Shown piece after piece: positions 52,040 through 64,000 of a DNA stretch of 64,000 nucleotides. A program made the translations under genes and the position numbers. Positions within the stretch are counted from its first letter, which is position 1, and the number at the start of each line of letters is the position of its first letter. The stretch comes from an uncultured Thermoleophilia bacterium. Its GTDB lineage: Bacteria > Actinomycetota > Thermoleophilia > UBA2241. The notes below the pieces were generated by a model. The model searched no databases. It was given only the letters and a program-made list of their open reading frames with translations, and was not told where the DNA came from. The stretch spans positions 832,001 through 896,000 of the forward strand of contig CAVPCT010000003.1 of assembly GCA_963702475.1 (NCBI GenBank), in the 5' to 3' direction.

Positions 52040-54283
52040 ATGCCAATGCGCCTACCGCATGTCCGCCTGAGGACGCGGATCCTTGCCTGGTCCTTCGTCC
52101 CTACGGCCGTCATCCTCTTCGCCGTGGCGGTCGTGGCCGTGTACGCCTACTCCCGCGTGACGGAGCAGGAGGCCGTCCAGCGAAACCAGGAACTGGCTCG
52201 CCTCTCGGCCACCAACCTCCAGGCCGAGATCAGCCAGTTCTCGCTCGACCTCGGCAGCCTCACTCGGCAGTCCGATATCGCCGGCGGCCGCTCTGGTCGG
52301 CAGCAAGCCGCACTGGCGGCGGCCGCGAACAAGCTCTCGGTCTTTGACGCCGGTGCGATCATCCTTGACGCGCGGGGCACCCTCGCCGCAGCCTGGCCGG
52401 AGCGTCCCGGGGACGTCGGCCAAGACTGGGCGTCACGCCCGTACTTCGTCCAGCTTCTGCGCTCTGCGCGGCCGGTCTTCTCCGACATCACCCCCGACGG
52501 GGTCGGCGGTGCCCAGGTCATCGCGGTCGCCGTGCCGATCACCGGGCCGCAGGGCGAGTTCAACGGTGTCCTCGCCGGCATGTTCCGGCTGGGGGCGACC
52601 TCGGTCAGCGCGCTCTACGGCGATATCGCCAAGCTTCGCGTAGGGGTGACCGGCGACGTGTACCTGGTCGACGGCGACGGCCGCGTCATCGCCCACCCCG
52701 ACCCGGCGCTGGTGGGGACCGACCTCACATCGCAGAGGGTGGTCCGGCGCGTCGTGTCGGGCCAGGCCGGTGCCGAGCGTACCCGGGACCTGAACCGCAG
52801 GGACGTGGTGGCCGGCTACGCCCCGGTGCCGGGGACGCCCTGGGGCCTTATCGCCGTCGAGGACTGGTCGACGCTCCTTCGACCGTCCCAGGGATACCGC
52901 ACCTTCCTGCTGGTCCTCCTCGTGCTCGGCGTCCTGGTCCCGTCGTTGGTCGTGCTGCTCGGGGTGCGACGCCTGACGCGGCCGGTGCTCGACCTCACGC
53001 AGGCGGCTCGACGGGTGGCGGCGGGCGACTTCGAGCACGCGGTCAGCATCACGACCCACGACGAGCTGCAGGAGCTCGGGCAGCAGTTCAACGAGATGTC
53101 CGCGACCCTGCGTGACTCGTACGCGGATCTGGACAAGCGGGTGGCCTCTCGCACGCAGGAGCTTGCGACCTTGAACGCCGTGGCCGCCGTGGTGAGTCAG
53201 TCGCTCGATCTCGAACGCATCCTGGAGGACGCCCTGGGGAAGATCATCCCTGAGCTCGGCTTCGCGGCAGGGGCGGCGTTCGTCCTCCCGGATCCCGACA
53301 GCGGAGACGGCGTGCTGAAGCTGGTGACGTCCGTGAACCTGTCGCCCGACGTCTCGGCTGCCCTCGCGCTCCGTGTACCGGAGGTCCTGGAGCGGCGCTT
53401 GACAGAGCCCGGCAGGCAGGCCCAGGCCTTGACGCTCGACGTCCTCGCCTCCGGCGATGCGCTGACCGCGCTCGAGACGGCGGGCTGGCGGTCCGTCGTG
53501 GAGATCCCGCTCGCCGCCAAGGGGACGGTGTTCGGCGCCCTGGTGCTCTTCGCCGCGGAAGAAATGGAGCTCACACCCGAGCAGCTCGCCTCGTTGTCGG
53601 GTCTCGGCAACCAGATAGGCATGGCGGTCGACAACGCCCGCCTCTACGCGCGGGCCGAGGAGTCGGCCGCGGCGATGGAACGGAACCGCCTGGCTCGCGA
53701 CCTCCACGACGCCGTGAGCCAGACGCTGTTCTCGGCGTCGCTGGTCGCGGAGGTCCTCCCTCGTATCTACGAGCGTGACCCGCAGCAGGGCAGGGAGAAG
53801 CTGGAAGAGCTTCGTCAACTGACCCGCGGCGCCCTCGCAGAGATGCGTACGCTGCTGCTCGAGCTGCGTCCGGCCGCGCTCGCCGAGGCGAACCTGCCCG
53901 ATCTGCTGCAGCAGCTGGGGGAGGCTGTGGCCGGGCGCTCGCGCATCCCGATCGACGTCCACGTGGACACGGCCGGCGATGTCCCGGCGGGGGTCGGTGT
54001 GGCGCTCTACAGGATCGCGCAGGAGGCGCTCAACAACGTGGCCAAACACTCCGGGGCCACGCATGCGAGCGTGCTCTTGCGCGACTGCGACGACGACGGG
54101 CCGGAGCGCGGGGCTCTGGAGCTCGTCGTCACCGACGACGGCAGCGGGTTCGATCTGGAGGCGGCCCGGCCGGGCAGCCTCGGACTCAGCATCATGACCG
54201 AGCGGGCCGAGTCGATCGGGGCGCGGCTGGAGCTGTCGTCGAGCGAGGACGGCACCAGCGTCCGCGCCGTCTGGCGTCCGTAG
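52040..54283 (+). CDS. Sensor histidine kinase (dCache-HAMP-GAF-HisKA_3)
   Basis: Two TM helices; ERNRLARDLHD, QEALNNV.KH, DDGSGF, GLS.M.ERA. Confidence 0.92.
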   Translation: MPMRLPHVRLRTRILAWSFVPTAVILFAVAVVAVYAYSRVTEQEAVQRNQELARLSATNLQAEISQFSLDLGSLTRQSDIAGGRSGRQQAALAAAANKLSVFDAGAIILDARGTLAAAWPERPGDVGQDWASRPYFVQLLRSARPVFSDITPDGVGGAQVIAVAVPITGPQGEFNGVLAGMFRLGATSVSALYGDIAKLRVGVTGDVYLVDGDGRVIAHPDPALVGTDLTSQRVVRRVVSGQAGAERTRDLNRRDVVAGYAPVPGTPWGLIAVEDWSTLLRPSQGYRTFLLVLLVLGVLVPSLVVLLGVRRLTRPVLDLTQAARRVAAGDFEHAVSITTHDELQELGQQFNEMSATLRDSYADLDKRVASRTQELATLNAVAAVVSQSLDLERILEDALGKIIPELGFAAGAAFVLPDPDSGDGVLKLVTSVNLSPDVSAALALRVPEVLERRLTEPGRQAQALTLDVLASGDALTALETAGWRSVVEIPLAAKGTVFGALVLFAAEEMELTPEQLASLSGLGNQIGMAVDNARLYARAEESAAAMERNRLARDLHDAVSQTLFSASLVAEVLPRIYERDPQQGREKLEELRQLTRGALAEMRTLLLELRPAALAEANLPDLLQQLGEAVAGRSRIPIDVHVDTAGDVPAGVGVALYRIAQEALNNVAKHSGATHASVLLRDCDDDGPERGALELVVTDDGSGFDLEAARPGSLGLSIMTERAESIGARLELSSSEDGTSVRAVWRP

Positions 54284-54558
54284 CCGTCGCGCAGCCCCAA
54301 CGCCACCGGCCCGCTCTGGCCGCCGCTGCTGCACACCACGGGGCCTGGATCCTGGCCCGGCTGTCGAGAAGCCTGGTCACCTGACCAGTCGGAAGACTGC
54401 CCCCATGACGGGCCGGATGCCTGTCCCCGTGCAGGGCGCGGCCGCGCCGATCGTCCCGTATCCTGCTGACCGTGGTTGGAGCGCGCCTCGGTCACGGAGG
54501 CTCGTGGATCGTCCTGGATGGCGACCACTGGGTCATGAGACGGAGCCGGGAAGGGGAG

Positions 54559-55071
54559 ATGGTCATGGTGCAGCAGACCACGGTCTGGGCGGCCTTCTGC
54601 CTGGTCGCTCTGGGGATCGCGCTCTGGCGCCCGCGCGCCGGGCGTCGGGCTCTCGGCGTCTTCTTCGTCGTCATGGCGGTCGGCGTCAACGTCGTGTTCG
54701 TCCTGGCCGCGCCCGACGGGTTCGTGGACCTCGGCACGCGTGCGCCGCTGCTTCCCCCCTACGAGTGGGTCTTCGAACATGTGGTCGCCAGAGCCCCTGT
54801 GGCCTTCGGCCTGCTCATTGCCAGCTTTCAAGTGACCGTCGGGTTGCTGATGATCAGTGGTGGCCAGTGGGGAAGCCTCGGCCTGCTCGGCGGCATCGTC
54901 TTCCTGCTGGTGCTCTCCCCCCTGGGTCCTTGGACAGTGCCGAACCTGATCATGGCGGCTGCGCTCGGTGCCATTCTCCTGCGCGAGCCGGGGCTTGCGT
55001 CGGGGTCCCCGGACTCGAGGCGGGTCGACCTTGGCAAGGACGGCGCGCAGAAAGCAGCGACGGCATCATGA
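54559..55071 (+). CDS. Membrane protein (DoxX-like)
   Basis: 4-5 TM segments; GGGGAG RBS. Confidence 0.6.
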   Translation: MVMVQQTTVWAAFCLVALGIALWRPRAGRRALGVFFVVMAVGVNVVFVLAAPDGFVDLGTRAPLLPPYEWVFEHVVARAPVAFGLLIASFQVTVGLLMISGGQWGSLGLLGGIVFLLVLSPLGPWTVPNLIMAAALGAILLREPGLASGSPDSRRVDLGKDGAQKAATAS

Positions 55072-55330
55072 GACGGCTTCTCCTGACCGCAGCACTCGGT
55101 GGGGCAGTCACGGCCGCCGCGCTGGCGCCTTCCGTGTCGGCATCATGAGCCGAGCGGGCCGAGTCGACCGGGGCGCGGCTGGCGCCCTCTGCCCAACTGG
55201 CCAGGGCCAAGACTCTCCGCATCGGCAGGTCGGATTCTCCCCCGATGGCGGGCGCGCCCGGCTTCCCCCGGGGCCACACTGGAGCCACGACCACATCGGC
55301 GATCCGAGGGAGCATCGGAGGCTGGGAGCG

Positions 55331-55903
55331 ATGAAGACCACGGCAATGATCCGGAAGCTGGAGACCACTGTCGATCGTACCCCGCGCCACAGGGCGGCCA
55401 CGTTCACGGCCACGAGGGGCAGCACCCCTGGTCTCCTGGCCGTCGGGGCTGCTTGCAGCGATACCAGCCGTCGGCCGCGGCGCGCCGACGCGTTCCGGCG
55501 TTGGTTCGCGGCCCGGCCGTCGTCGGCTGCTGTGCTGCGCGAGACTCTCACCACCTACCTGACCGCGAACGGCATCGACGACGCGGAGAAGCGACTCATC
55601 GTGCTCTGCGCCGACGAAGCGCTCATCAACGCGGTCGCACACGCGGCGGGCAGCCCCGTGGGCGTCTTCGCCGACCTGCGCGACGACCATTTCACGCTCG
55701 AAGTCAGCGACGGGGGACCCGGCTTCGACCCCTCGCAGATCGACAGTGACGCAGAGCCCGACCTGATGGGCGAGCACGGACGCGGGCTCTTCTTGATCCG
55801 CAACCTCATGGACGACTTGCAGATCCTCTCCGACGAACGCGGCACGACGCTTCGCATGGAGCGGGACGTGCCCGGCGTCCGCCACGGATCCTTCGCGGCT
55901 TAG
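55331..55903 (+). CDS. RsbW-like anti-sigma factor ATP-binding protein
   Basis: EALINAV.H, VSDGGPGF, EHGRGL.LI..LMD, GTT. Confidence 0.85.
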   Translation: MKTTAMIRKLETTVDRTPRHRAATFTATRGSTPGLLAVGAACSDTSRRPRRADAFRRWFAARPSSAAVLRETLTTYLTANGIDDAEKRLIVLCADEALINAVAHAAGSPVGVFADLRDDHFTLEVSDGGPGFDPSQIDSDAEPDLMGEHGRGLFLIRNLMDDLQILSDERGTTLRMERDVPGVRHGSFAA

Positions 55904-56345
55904 CCGAGGTGACCACCGCGGGGCGACGCGCTCGAGGCGTGGCGCCCGTCGCCTGATGTCAGACGCCGTAGGGGAGGGGACCATGAGATCGAAGACCATG
56001 CACTCAAGCCTCGAGGCATGGCTCGCTGGCCCTGTGCGCTGCCGTGGTTGCGGCTGGGGTCGTGGAGCTGCTCCTCCCTGACCGGCCGGCCTACGCCGCC
56101 TCGTTCGCCCCGGACCGGCTCCCTCCGGCCCGGCCGCTTGAGTCGCCTCGCGATGGCCCCTGTCCCGAGTGACATGCACTTGGTCTCGGGGCCTCTCACT
56201 CCCCTGTCCAGCGGCGATCGGTCGCAGAACCCGCAGCACGTGGTCGACAGGGAAGGTGGGGGGGACTCATGCTCAGCAAGCATCGACACCACGCCGCGGG
56301 CCTGATCTGGCCGACGCCCGCCTCGACTGGGCACGGTGAGGAGTC

Positions 56346-59132
<2,787 letters not shown>

Positions 59133-59225
59133 GCGAAACGTCACGCGGGCATCGGGGTGCTGCCGGCCGACATCCGGCTGGCAGCACCGGCGAAGCTCAC
59201 CTCCGTCCCGGAGAGGGACCCCTCT

Positions 59226-60125
59226 TCACAGGGGGACCTCCTCCTGGATGTCCACGCGGCCGCGCAGCGCGACCAGGAACCCCGACCCGAGGATGAGCGC
59301 GCCGCCGGCCGCCGTCCAGGCAGTGATGCTCTGGCCGGCCAGAGCCAGCGCGAAGAACGGCGCGGCCACCGGGGTGATGAAGCCCAGCACGGCGCTGTGC
59401 TGCATGCGTATCCGGTGCGTGCCCTCCACCCAGAGCGTGTAGGCGACGGCGGTGCACAGCACGCCCAGCACGAGCGCGACGAGCAGGTCGTTGCGCGTCA
59501 GGGCATACCCCGCCACCAGCGTCTGCCACAGCGCCAGCGGCAGCAGGAACGTCGCGTCGAGCACGCTCTCCGTGAGCACGAGAGTGACGCTGTCGAGCCG
59601 GAGCGAGAGGTCCTTGACGAGCAGCGCGAAGCAGGCGTACAGGAACCCGCAGCTGAGGCCGGCAGCGAGTCCGGCCCACGAGACCTGTGCCACCCCGGAG
59701 AGGGTGGGAACGAGGATGAGCACGAGGCCCGCGAGCGCGGCGACGATGGCCACCCACACGACCCTCTCGGTCTCGCTGTGCAGGAGCCGCGGAGCCAGCA
59801 GCGCGATCCACACCGGCTGCATGAAGTACAAGAAGGTGGCCACGGCGACGCCCGTCTCGCGGATGGCGAAGAAGAAGAGCAGCAGCGTCGCCGCGTCGAT
59901 CGCTCCCATGAGGAGCAGCCGCCGGCGCAGGTCCGGAGCGAACAGGCCCGCAAGCCTGCGGCGGCGCGCGAACACGGCGCCGAGCAGGGCGAACGCCACC
60001 ACGAACCGCAGCACCAGCAGAACGCTCGGCGGCGCCGTGGTCAGCGCCACCAGCGTGCCCGACAACCCGATGAGGAGATAGGAGACGATGACCATCGCGT
60101 ACCCTTGGGCGGCACGGGAGCGCAT
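59226..60125 (-). CDS. EamA/DMT family transporter
   Basis: Ten TM segments in two repeats; P..IAL.A...L..E; LGVLCTA.AY.LW. Confidence 0.88.
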   Translation of the reverse strand: MRSRAAQGYAMVIVSYLLIGLSGTLVALTTAPPSVLLVLRFVVAFALLGAVFARRRRLAGLFAPDLRRRLLLMGAIDAATLLLFFFAIRETGVAVATFLYFMQPVWIALLAPRLLHSETERVVWVAIVAALAGLVLILVPTLSGVAQVSWAGLAAGLSCGFLYACFALLVKDLSLRLDSVTLVLTESVLDATFLLPLALWQTLVAGYALTRNDLLVALVLGVLCTAVAYTLWVEGTHRIRMQHSAVLGFITPVAAPFFALALAGQSITAWTAAGGALILGSGFLVALRGRVDIQEEVPL

Positions 60126-60390
60126 CCTGGTCAGACGCCTGTGCGCACGTGGGTCGCGGGGTGAGGGTGCACGGCCCGCATCCTGACACGGTGAGTGCGG
60201 GCCACGCCAGCGGGACCTCGACCTCGCCGTGCCACGGGAGGACTCCTCAGGCGAGAAGACCATCTCCGAGCTGCTCGACGGAGCCGACTTCGCGTGCGGT
60301 CTCCGCTCGCTCGGCGTGGCAACGCGACCGCCTCGGACCGCATCGGCTCCACACTCCCGCGCACGGACTGCCGGGGGGCGTGAGCCCGGC

Positions 60391-60936
60391 TCAGCCTTCC
60401 TGTGGCCCCGCCGCGTCGGTCTCGGCGCTTCGTCGCAGCAGCAGCGTCCACAGCCCCATCGCGGCGCCGAACGCGGTGTGGCCGAGCAGCATGAGCCGCA
60501 CGAGGCGCGCCGCCTCGCCGCTGCGGATCCCGCACGGCCCGATGCCCCAGGACGGGTACATGATCAGCAGGGGCAGGAGGGCCGTGGCGGCGCCGAAGGC
60601 CGCGGCCGAGAGCAGGCCGGGATCGCGGCGGGAGCGCCGCAGCGCCACGTAGTAGGCCTGCGTCAGCGCGATGCCCGTCACGTAGTGGACGGCGAGCCCC
60701 AGCGCGGCTTCGCCGCGCAGCGGCGGCTCGCCGGCCATGTCCTCGTGCCGCAGGCGTCCTCGCGCGAGGCCGCCGACCCAGCGGCCGACGAGCTCCAGCC
60801 CGACCTTGTCCGAGGCGAACCGCGAGCCGCCAAGCGATGCGCCGGCGACGAAGACGGCGTCCATGGTGAGCGTCGCGAGAGCCCCGACCGTGACGCTGGG
60901 CGGTACCGCCGCGATCCTGTCCCCGAGCCGGCTCAT
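60391..60936 (-). CDS. DUF2938-like membrane protein
   Basis: GALAT.TMD, VGRW, HYVTG, MYPSWG.G, H.AFG. Confidence 0.75.
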   Translation of the reverse strand: MSRLGDRIAAVPPSVTVGALATLTMDAVFVAGASLGGSRFASDKVGLELVGRWVGGLARGRLRHEDMAGEPPLRGEAALGLAVHYVTGIALTQAYYVALRRSRRDPGLLSAAAFGAATALLPLLIMYPSWGIGPCGIRSGEAARLVRLMLLGHTAFGAAMGLWTLLLRRSAETDAAGPQEG

Positions 60937-60968
60937 CACCGCGCAGTCTACGCGCCCTAACGGGGCTA

Positions 60969-61015
60969 TTGACAGACCGTTTCGTGCTGCTATACTTCGA
61001 TTGTCGTCGAAGTAT
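60969..61015 (+). promoter_or_regulatory. Promoter with ArsR-type operator
   Basis: TTGACA-16 bp-TATACT; perfect inverted repeat ATACTTCGA-6-TCGAAGTAT overlapping the -10. Confidence 0.8.
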
Positions 61016-61021
61016 CGAATA

Positions 61022-61339
61022 ATGGAGAGGAGCAGCGTGACCGACCTCACACGGATCTTCAAGGCCCTGGGCGACCCGACGCGGTTCGCGATCTTCGAGC
61101 TGGTGCGCGACTGTGGCAAGCCTGAGGGCTGCTCCGAGGAGGAGGCCAGCGACAGCCTCTCCCAGATCGCGGAGCGGTTCCACCTGTCGCTCTCCACGGT
61201 GTCCCACCACGTGAAGGAGCTGAGAAACGCCGGCATCATCACCTGCGAGAAGCGCGGCCAGCGGCTCTACTGCTGGGTCGATCCCGACGTGCTCCGCGAG
61301 CTCGAGCAGTTCGCACAGGGGGCTACCGCGCCCTCTTGA
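61022..61339 (+). CDS. ArsR/SmtB family regulator
   Basis: FKALGDPTR..I, LS.STVSHH.KEL..AGII. Confidence 0.92.
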   Translation: MERSSVTDLTRIFKALGDPTRFAIFELVRDCGKPEGCSEEEASDSLSQIAERFHLSLSTVSHHVKELRNAGIITCEKRGQRLYCWVDPDVLRELEQFAQGATAPS

Positions 61340-61363
61340 GGCCACCCCCCTTTTTTCGCCCTG

Positions 61364-61390
61364 TACTTCGATAGTTGTCGAACATTCGAA
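61364..61390 (+). promoter_or_regulatory. Second ArsR-type operator
   Basis: TACTTCGA-TAGTTG-TCGAACAT-TCGAA resembles 60993-61019. Confidence 0.7.
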
Positions 61391-61401
61391 AGGAGAACGA
61401 A

Positions 61402-61761
61402 ATGAAGCCGAGTACCGTGTGGATCGCCATCGTGCTGCTGGCCCTGGGGGCCTGCGGCATCCTCGACGTCGCCGGGGTGGTCCCGTCGAGCGAGACCATC
61501 GGGCAGTGGTGGCCGCTCGCCATCGTGGGCTGGGCGGTCGCGGAGATGCTGAACGTGCGCCGCGTGACGTTCGGCGGCGTGGTCTGCGCCGCCATCGGCG
61601 TCACGCTGCTGGCCGACACGCAGGCGTGGGCCGACGGCACCGTGTTGTGGTCCGCGCTGGCCATCACCATCGGGCTCGCCATCCTCGTCGAAGCGGTGCT
61701 GAAGCGCGGCGCGCATCGCAACGGCGACACCCCCACGGCTGTGAGAGGAGGTGCGTCGTGA
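61402..61761 (+). CDS. LiaF/DUF5668-like membrane protein
   Basis: WWPL motif, four TM segments. Confidence 0.7.
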   Translation: MKPSTVWIAIVLLALGACGILDVAGVVPSSETIGQWWPLAIVGWAVAEMLNVRRVTFGGVVCAAIGVTLLADTQAWADGTVLWSALAITIGLAILVEAVLKRGAHRNGDTPTAVRGGAS

Positions 61762-62261
61762 CCGGCCGTCTCGTCAGACTCGGCCGCGAGCGTCTGCCTC
61801 AGCTCGGCCGCCGCGGCGAAGGCTGGGTGGCCCTGCAGCTCGTCCTGGTCGCGGTCATCGCTGCGGCCGGAGCGCTCGGTCCGCGCTGGTCGACTACGGC
61901 GCACGACGTCCGCATCGTGGCCGCCGTCGCCGTCGGCCTCGGCGGCCTCTACCTCTTCGGCGCCGCGGCCGCTGGCCTCGGGCGCCAGCTCACGCCGTTC
62001 CCGAGACCGGTCGCGGGCGGCTCCGTCAAGCACAGCGGCGTCTACGGCCTGGTCCGCCACCCGATGTACGGCGGCGTGCTGCTGCTCGCGCTTGCCTGGG
62101 CGTTGCTGTCCTCGCCGCTGGCGCTCGTGCCCTGGGCGCTCGCTGCGCTCTTCCTCGATGCGAAGCGCCGCCGCGAGGAGGCCTGGCTGGTCGAGGCGAA
62201 CCCGGAGTACGAGGAGTACCGCGCGCGCGTGCGCAGCAGGTTCGTGCCGCTGGTCTGGTAG
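61758..62261 (+). CDS. Isoprenylcysteine carboxyl methyltransferase (ICMT/PEMT) family protein
   Basis: GVY..VRHPMY, EE..L....Y..Y...V..RFVP. Confidence 0.88.
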   Translation: MTGRLVRLGRERLPQLGRRGEGWVALQLVLVAVIAAAGALGPRWSTTAHDVRIVAAVAVGLGGLYLFGAAAAGLGRQLTPFPRPVAGGSVKHSGVYGLVRHPMYGGVLLLALAWALLSSPLALVPWALAALFLDAKRRREEAWLVEANPEYEEYRARVRSRFVPLVW

Positions 62262-62280
62262 CTCCCTGACGGAGTGTACC

Positions 62281-62324
62281 GGCGCGGGGGGGCGCGCCGT
62301 GCATGGGCGCGCCCCCCCGCGCCG
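62281..62324 (+). terminator. GC-rich hairpin
   Basis: GGCGCGGGGGGGCGCGCC...GGCGCGCCCCCCCGCGCC. Confidence 0.55.
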
Positions 62325-62410
62325 TGTCCCCACTCGTACTTGCAGATCCAAGGCCGGCGGCGTATGCCACGCTCATACCCTGCGGGCGCCTTGCCAGGAA
62401 GGAGAGCTCG

Positions 62411-63235
62411 ATGACATCGCTCAGCGGAAAGGTCCTCCTGTTGACGGGCGCCTCTCGAGGGCTCGGCGACGTGATCGCCGAGGCCGTCGCCAGGCGGGGC
62501 GCGACCGTCGCCCTCGCAGCACGAGACGAGCAGCGGCTGCGAAGCGTGGCCGGCCGCCTCGGACGGCTGGGCACGCGGACGCTCGTGGTGCCGGTCGACC
62601 TGCGGTCGGCGGCACAGCGCGCGGAGCTCGTGGCCACTGTGGCGCGCGAGCTCGGGACGGTCGACGTGCTGGTCAACAACGCCGGCCTCGAGACGGAGGG
62701 CGCGTACGCGGACCTGCCCTGGGGGTCTGTCCAGGAGAACATCGAGGTGAACCTCGTCGCCCCGATGGCGCTGACCCACCTCATCCTCCCGGAGATGCTG
62801 CGGCGGGGTGCGGGGCACATCGTCAACATCGCCTCGGTCGCCGCGAAGAGCGGCGCTCCGTACGCCTCCGTGTACTCGGCCACGAAGGCGGGGCTCGCCG
62901 AGTGGACACGGGCGTTGCGCCTGGAGCTCGCCGGCTCCGGCGTGCGTTTCTCGACCGTCTTCCCCTCCTACGTCAGAGAAGTCGGGATGTTCGCCCGGTT
63001 CGGCGTGGAAGCCCCGAAGATGATCGGTTCCTGCTCTCCCGCGCGGGTCGCGGACGCGGTCGTGGAGACTATCGAAAGGGACAGGCTCGAGACGATCGTC
63101 AACGACCGGCCGGTGCGCTTCGCGTTCGTGCTGAACGAAGTGTCGCCAGCGCTCGGCGACTGGCTGATGCGGTTCTCCGATGCCGTCGATTTCCAGCGCA
63201 GAAAGGTCGAGAAAGGCGCTGCCGGGCGACCCTGA
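62411..63235 (+). CDS. Short-chain dehydrogenase/reductase
   Basis: TGASRGLG, NNAG, YSATK. Confidence 0.92.
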   Translation: MTSLSGKVLLLTGASRGLGDVIAEAVARRGATVALAARDEQRLRSVAGRLGRLGTRTLVVPVDLRSAAQRAELVATVARELGTVDVLVNNAGLETEGAYADLPWGSVQENIEVNLVAPMALTHLILPEMLRRGAGHIVNIASVAAKSGAPYASVYSATKAGLAEWTRALRLELAGSGVRFSTVFPSYVREVGMFARFGVEAPKMIGSCSPARVADAVVETIERDRLETIVNDRPVRFAFVLNEVSPALGDWLMRFSDAVDFQRRKVEKGAAGRP

Positions 63236-63322
63236 CGAGCTGCTTGGGTCGGCGGGAAGGGCTCGCCTCGATCCCGCCGTTCCTGCCCGTGCTGCCTCGG
63301 CTGCGCTCGAACGGCTCCGACC

Positions 63323-64000
63323 TCACGTCCTCACGGTGAAGTACCGCCACGGCGAGGCCTTCTGCGGGTGGAGCTCGTCCTTCAGGTGTATGGCCTGCAC
63401 GCGCCAGCGCATCGAGCCGCTGCCGATCGCCGAGAAGCTGAACTGGACCTTGAACCGCGTGGCGCCCTTGTAGTCGATGTTCTCCGGACGCATGGTACCG
63501 TCGGTGCGCCAGCGGCCGCCGGAGAACTTCTGCCAGACGACCTTGACCGACTTGTCGCCGGCGAAGTGCAGGGGCTGCAGCGTGCCGTAGGCGGTGTAGT
63601 CGCGCCAGGCCTGAACGGTGCGCGGCACCGACGGCGCGGTCACCGTCACGTTGCGGGTCCGACTCTGGACGTTGGCGGTGAAGGAGTAGGAACCGTCCGA
63701 GACGCTCGTGTCGGTGCTCCACTGCTCGATGTAGTAGGTGCCACCCCGGCCTGAGGGCACGACGTACTTGAAGCGCTTCACGTCTTCGTAGCTGTCGGAC
63801 CGCGCCACCGCCGCCGAGGGGTCACCGACGTCGACCGTCCCGGGCGGCCAGAGGCAGGTCTCGAGCGCGTCGTCCCGGGCCGTCATGGTGACGATGAGCT
63901 GCTGCCCGGCGTCCAGGTGCAGGCTCCACAGATCGACGAAGAACGGAGCCTTCAGGCTGCCCGACACCGGAGACGACGGCAGAGGACTGGCGTCGGCCGT
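63323..64000 (-). CDS. Secreted protein with PPC-like and Ig-like domains (5' end outside window)
   Basis: Beta-rich GGTYYI and GSYSFT segments; open frame to window edge. Confidence 0.55.
   Translation of the reverse strand, partial: TADASPLPSSPVSGSLKAPFFVDLWSLHLDAGQQLIVTMTARDDALETCLWPPGTVDVGDPSAAVARSDSYEDVKRFKYVVPSGRGGTYYIEQWSTDTSVSDGSYSFTANVQSRTRNVTVTAPSVPRTVQAWRDYTAYGTLQPLHFAGDKSVKVVWQKFSGGRWRTDGTMRPENIDYKGATRFKVQFSFSAIGSGSMRWRVQAIHLKDELHPQKASPWRYFTVRT

Overview
High-GC bacterial DNA, probably Actinomycetota (Thermoleophilia-like; inferred from gene content). It has many single-base frameshifts in otherwise intact genes, which look like long-read assembly errors. Bases 1-3838 hold a Nif3-RNase HI fusion, a DUF4143 ATPase, tRNA-Gly(GCC) and tRNA-Cys(GCA). 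From the tRNA-Cys 3' end to about 45.7 kb lies a composite accessory region. The tRNA-Cys 3' half recurs at 22896 and 34472, with a degenerate junction at about 17103. Each junction carries the same 11-bp-period GCCGAC arm-like repeats and a conserved upstream box. Together they define a tandem stack of integrated segments with no intact integrase, only two C-terminal fragments. Cargo includes an inositol-type catabolic operon with a Pot-like ABC transporter and transaldolase, a PAS-LuxR/nitrilase/APC permease module, two different NT5C-fusion proteins, an NTP-transferase/CDP-alcohol transferase pair, a foreign tRNA-Ile att remnant, integron attC-like cassette remnants, an IS630 and many gene fragments. 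From 45.9 to 64 kb the genes are more ordinary: MMPL, a solute-binding protein plus two-component system, a P-type ATPase, EamA, an ArsR locus and an SDR.
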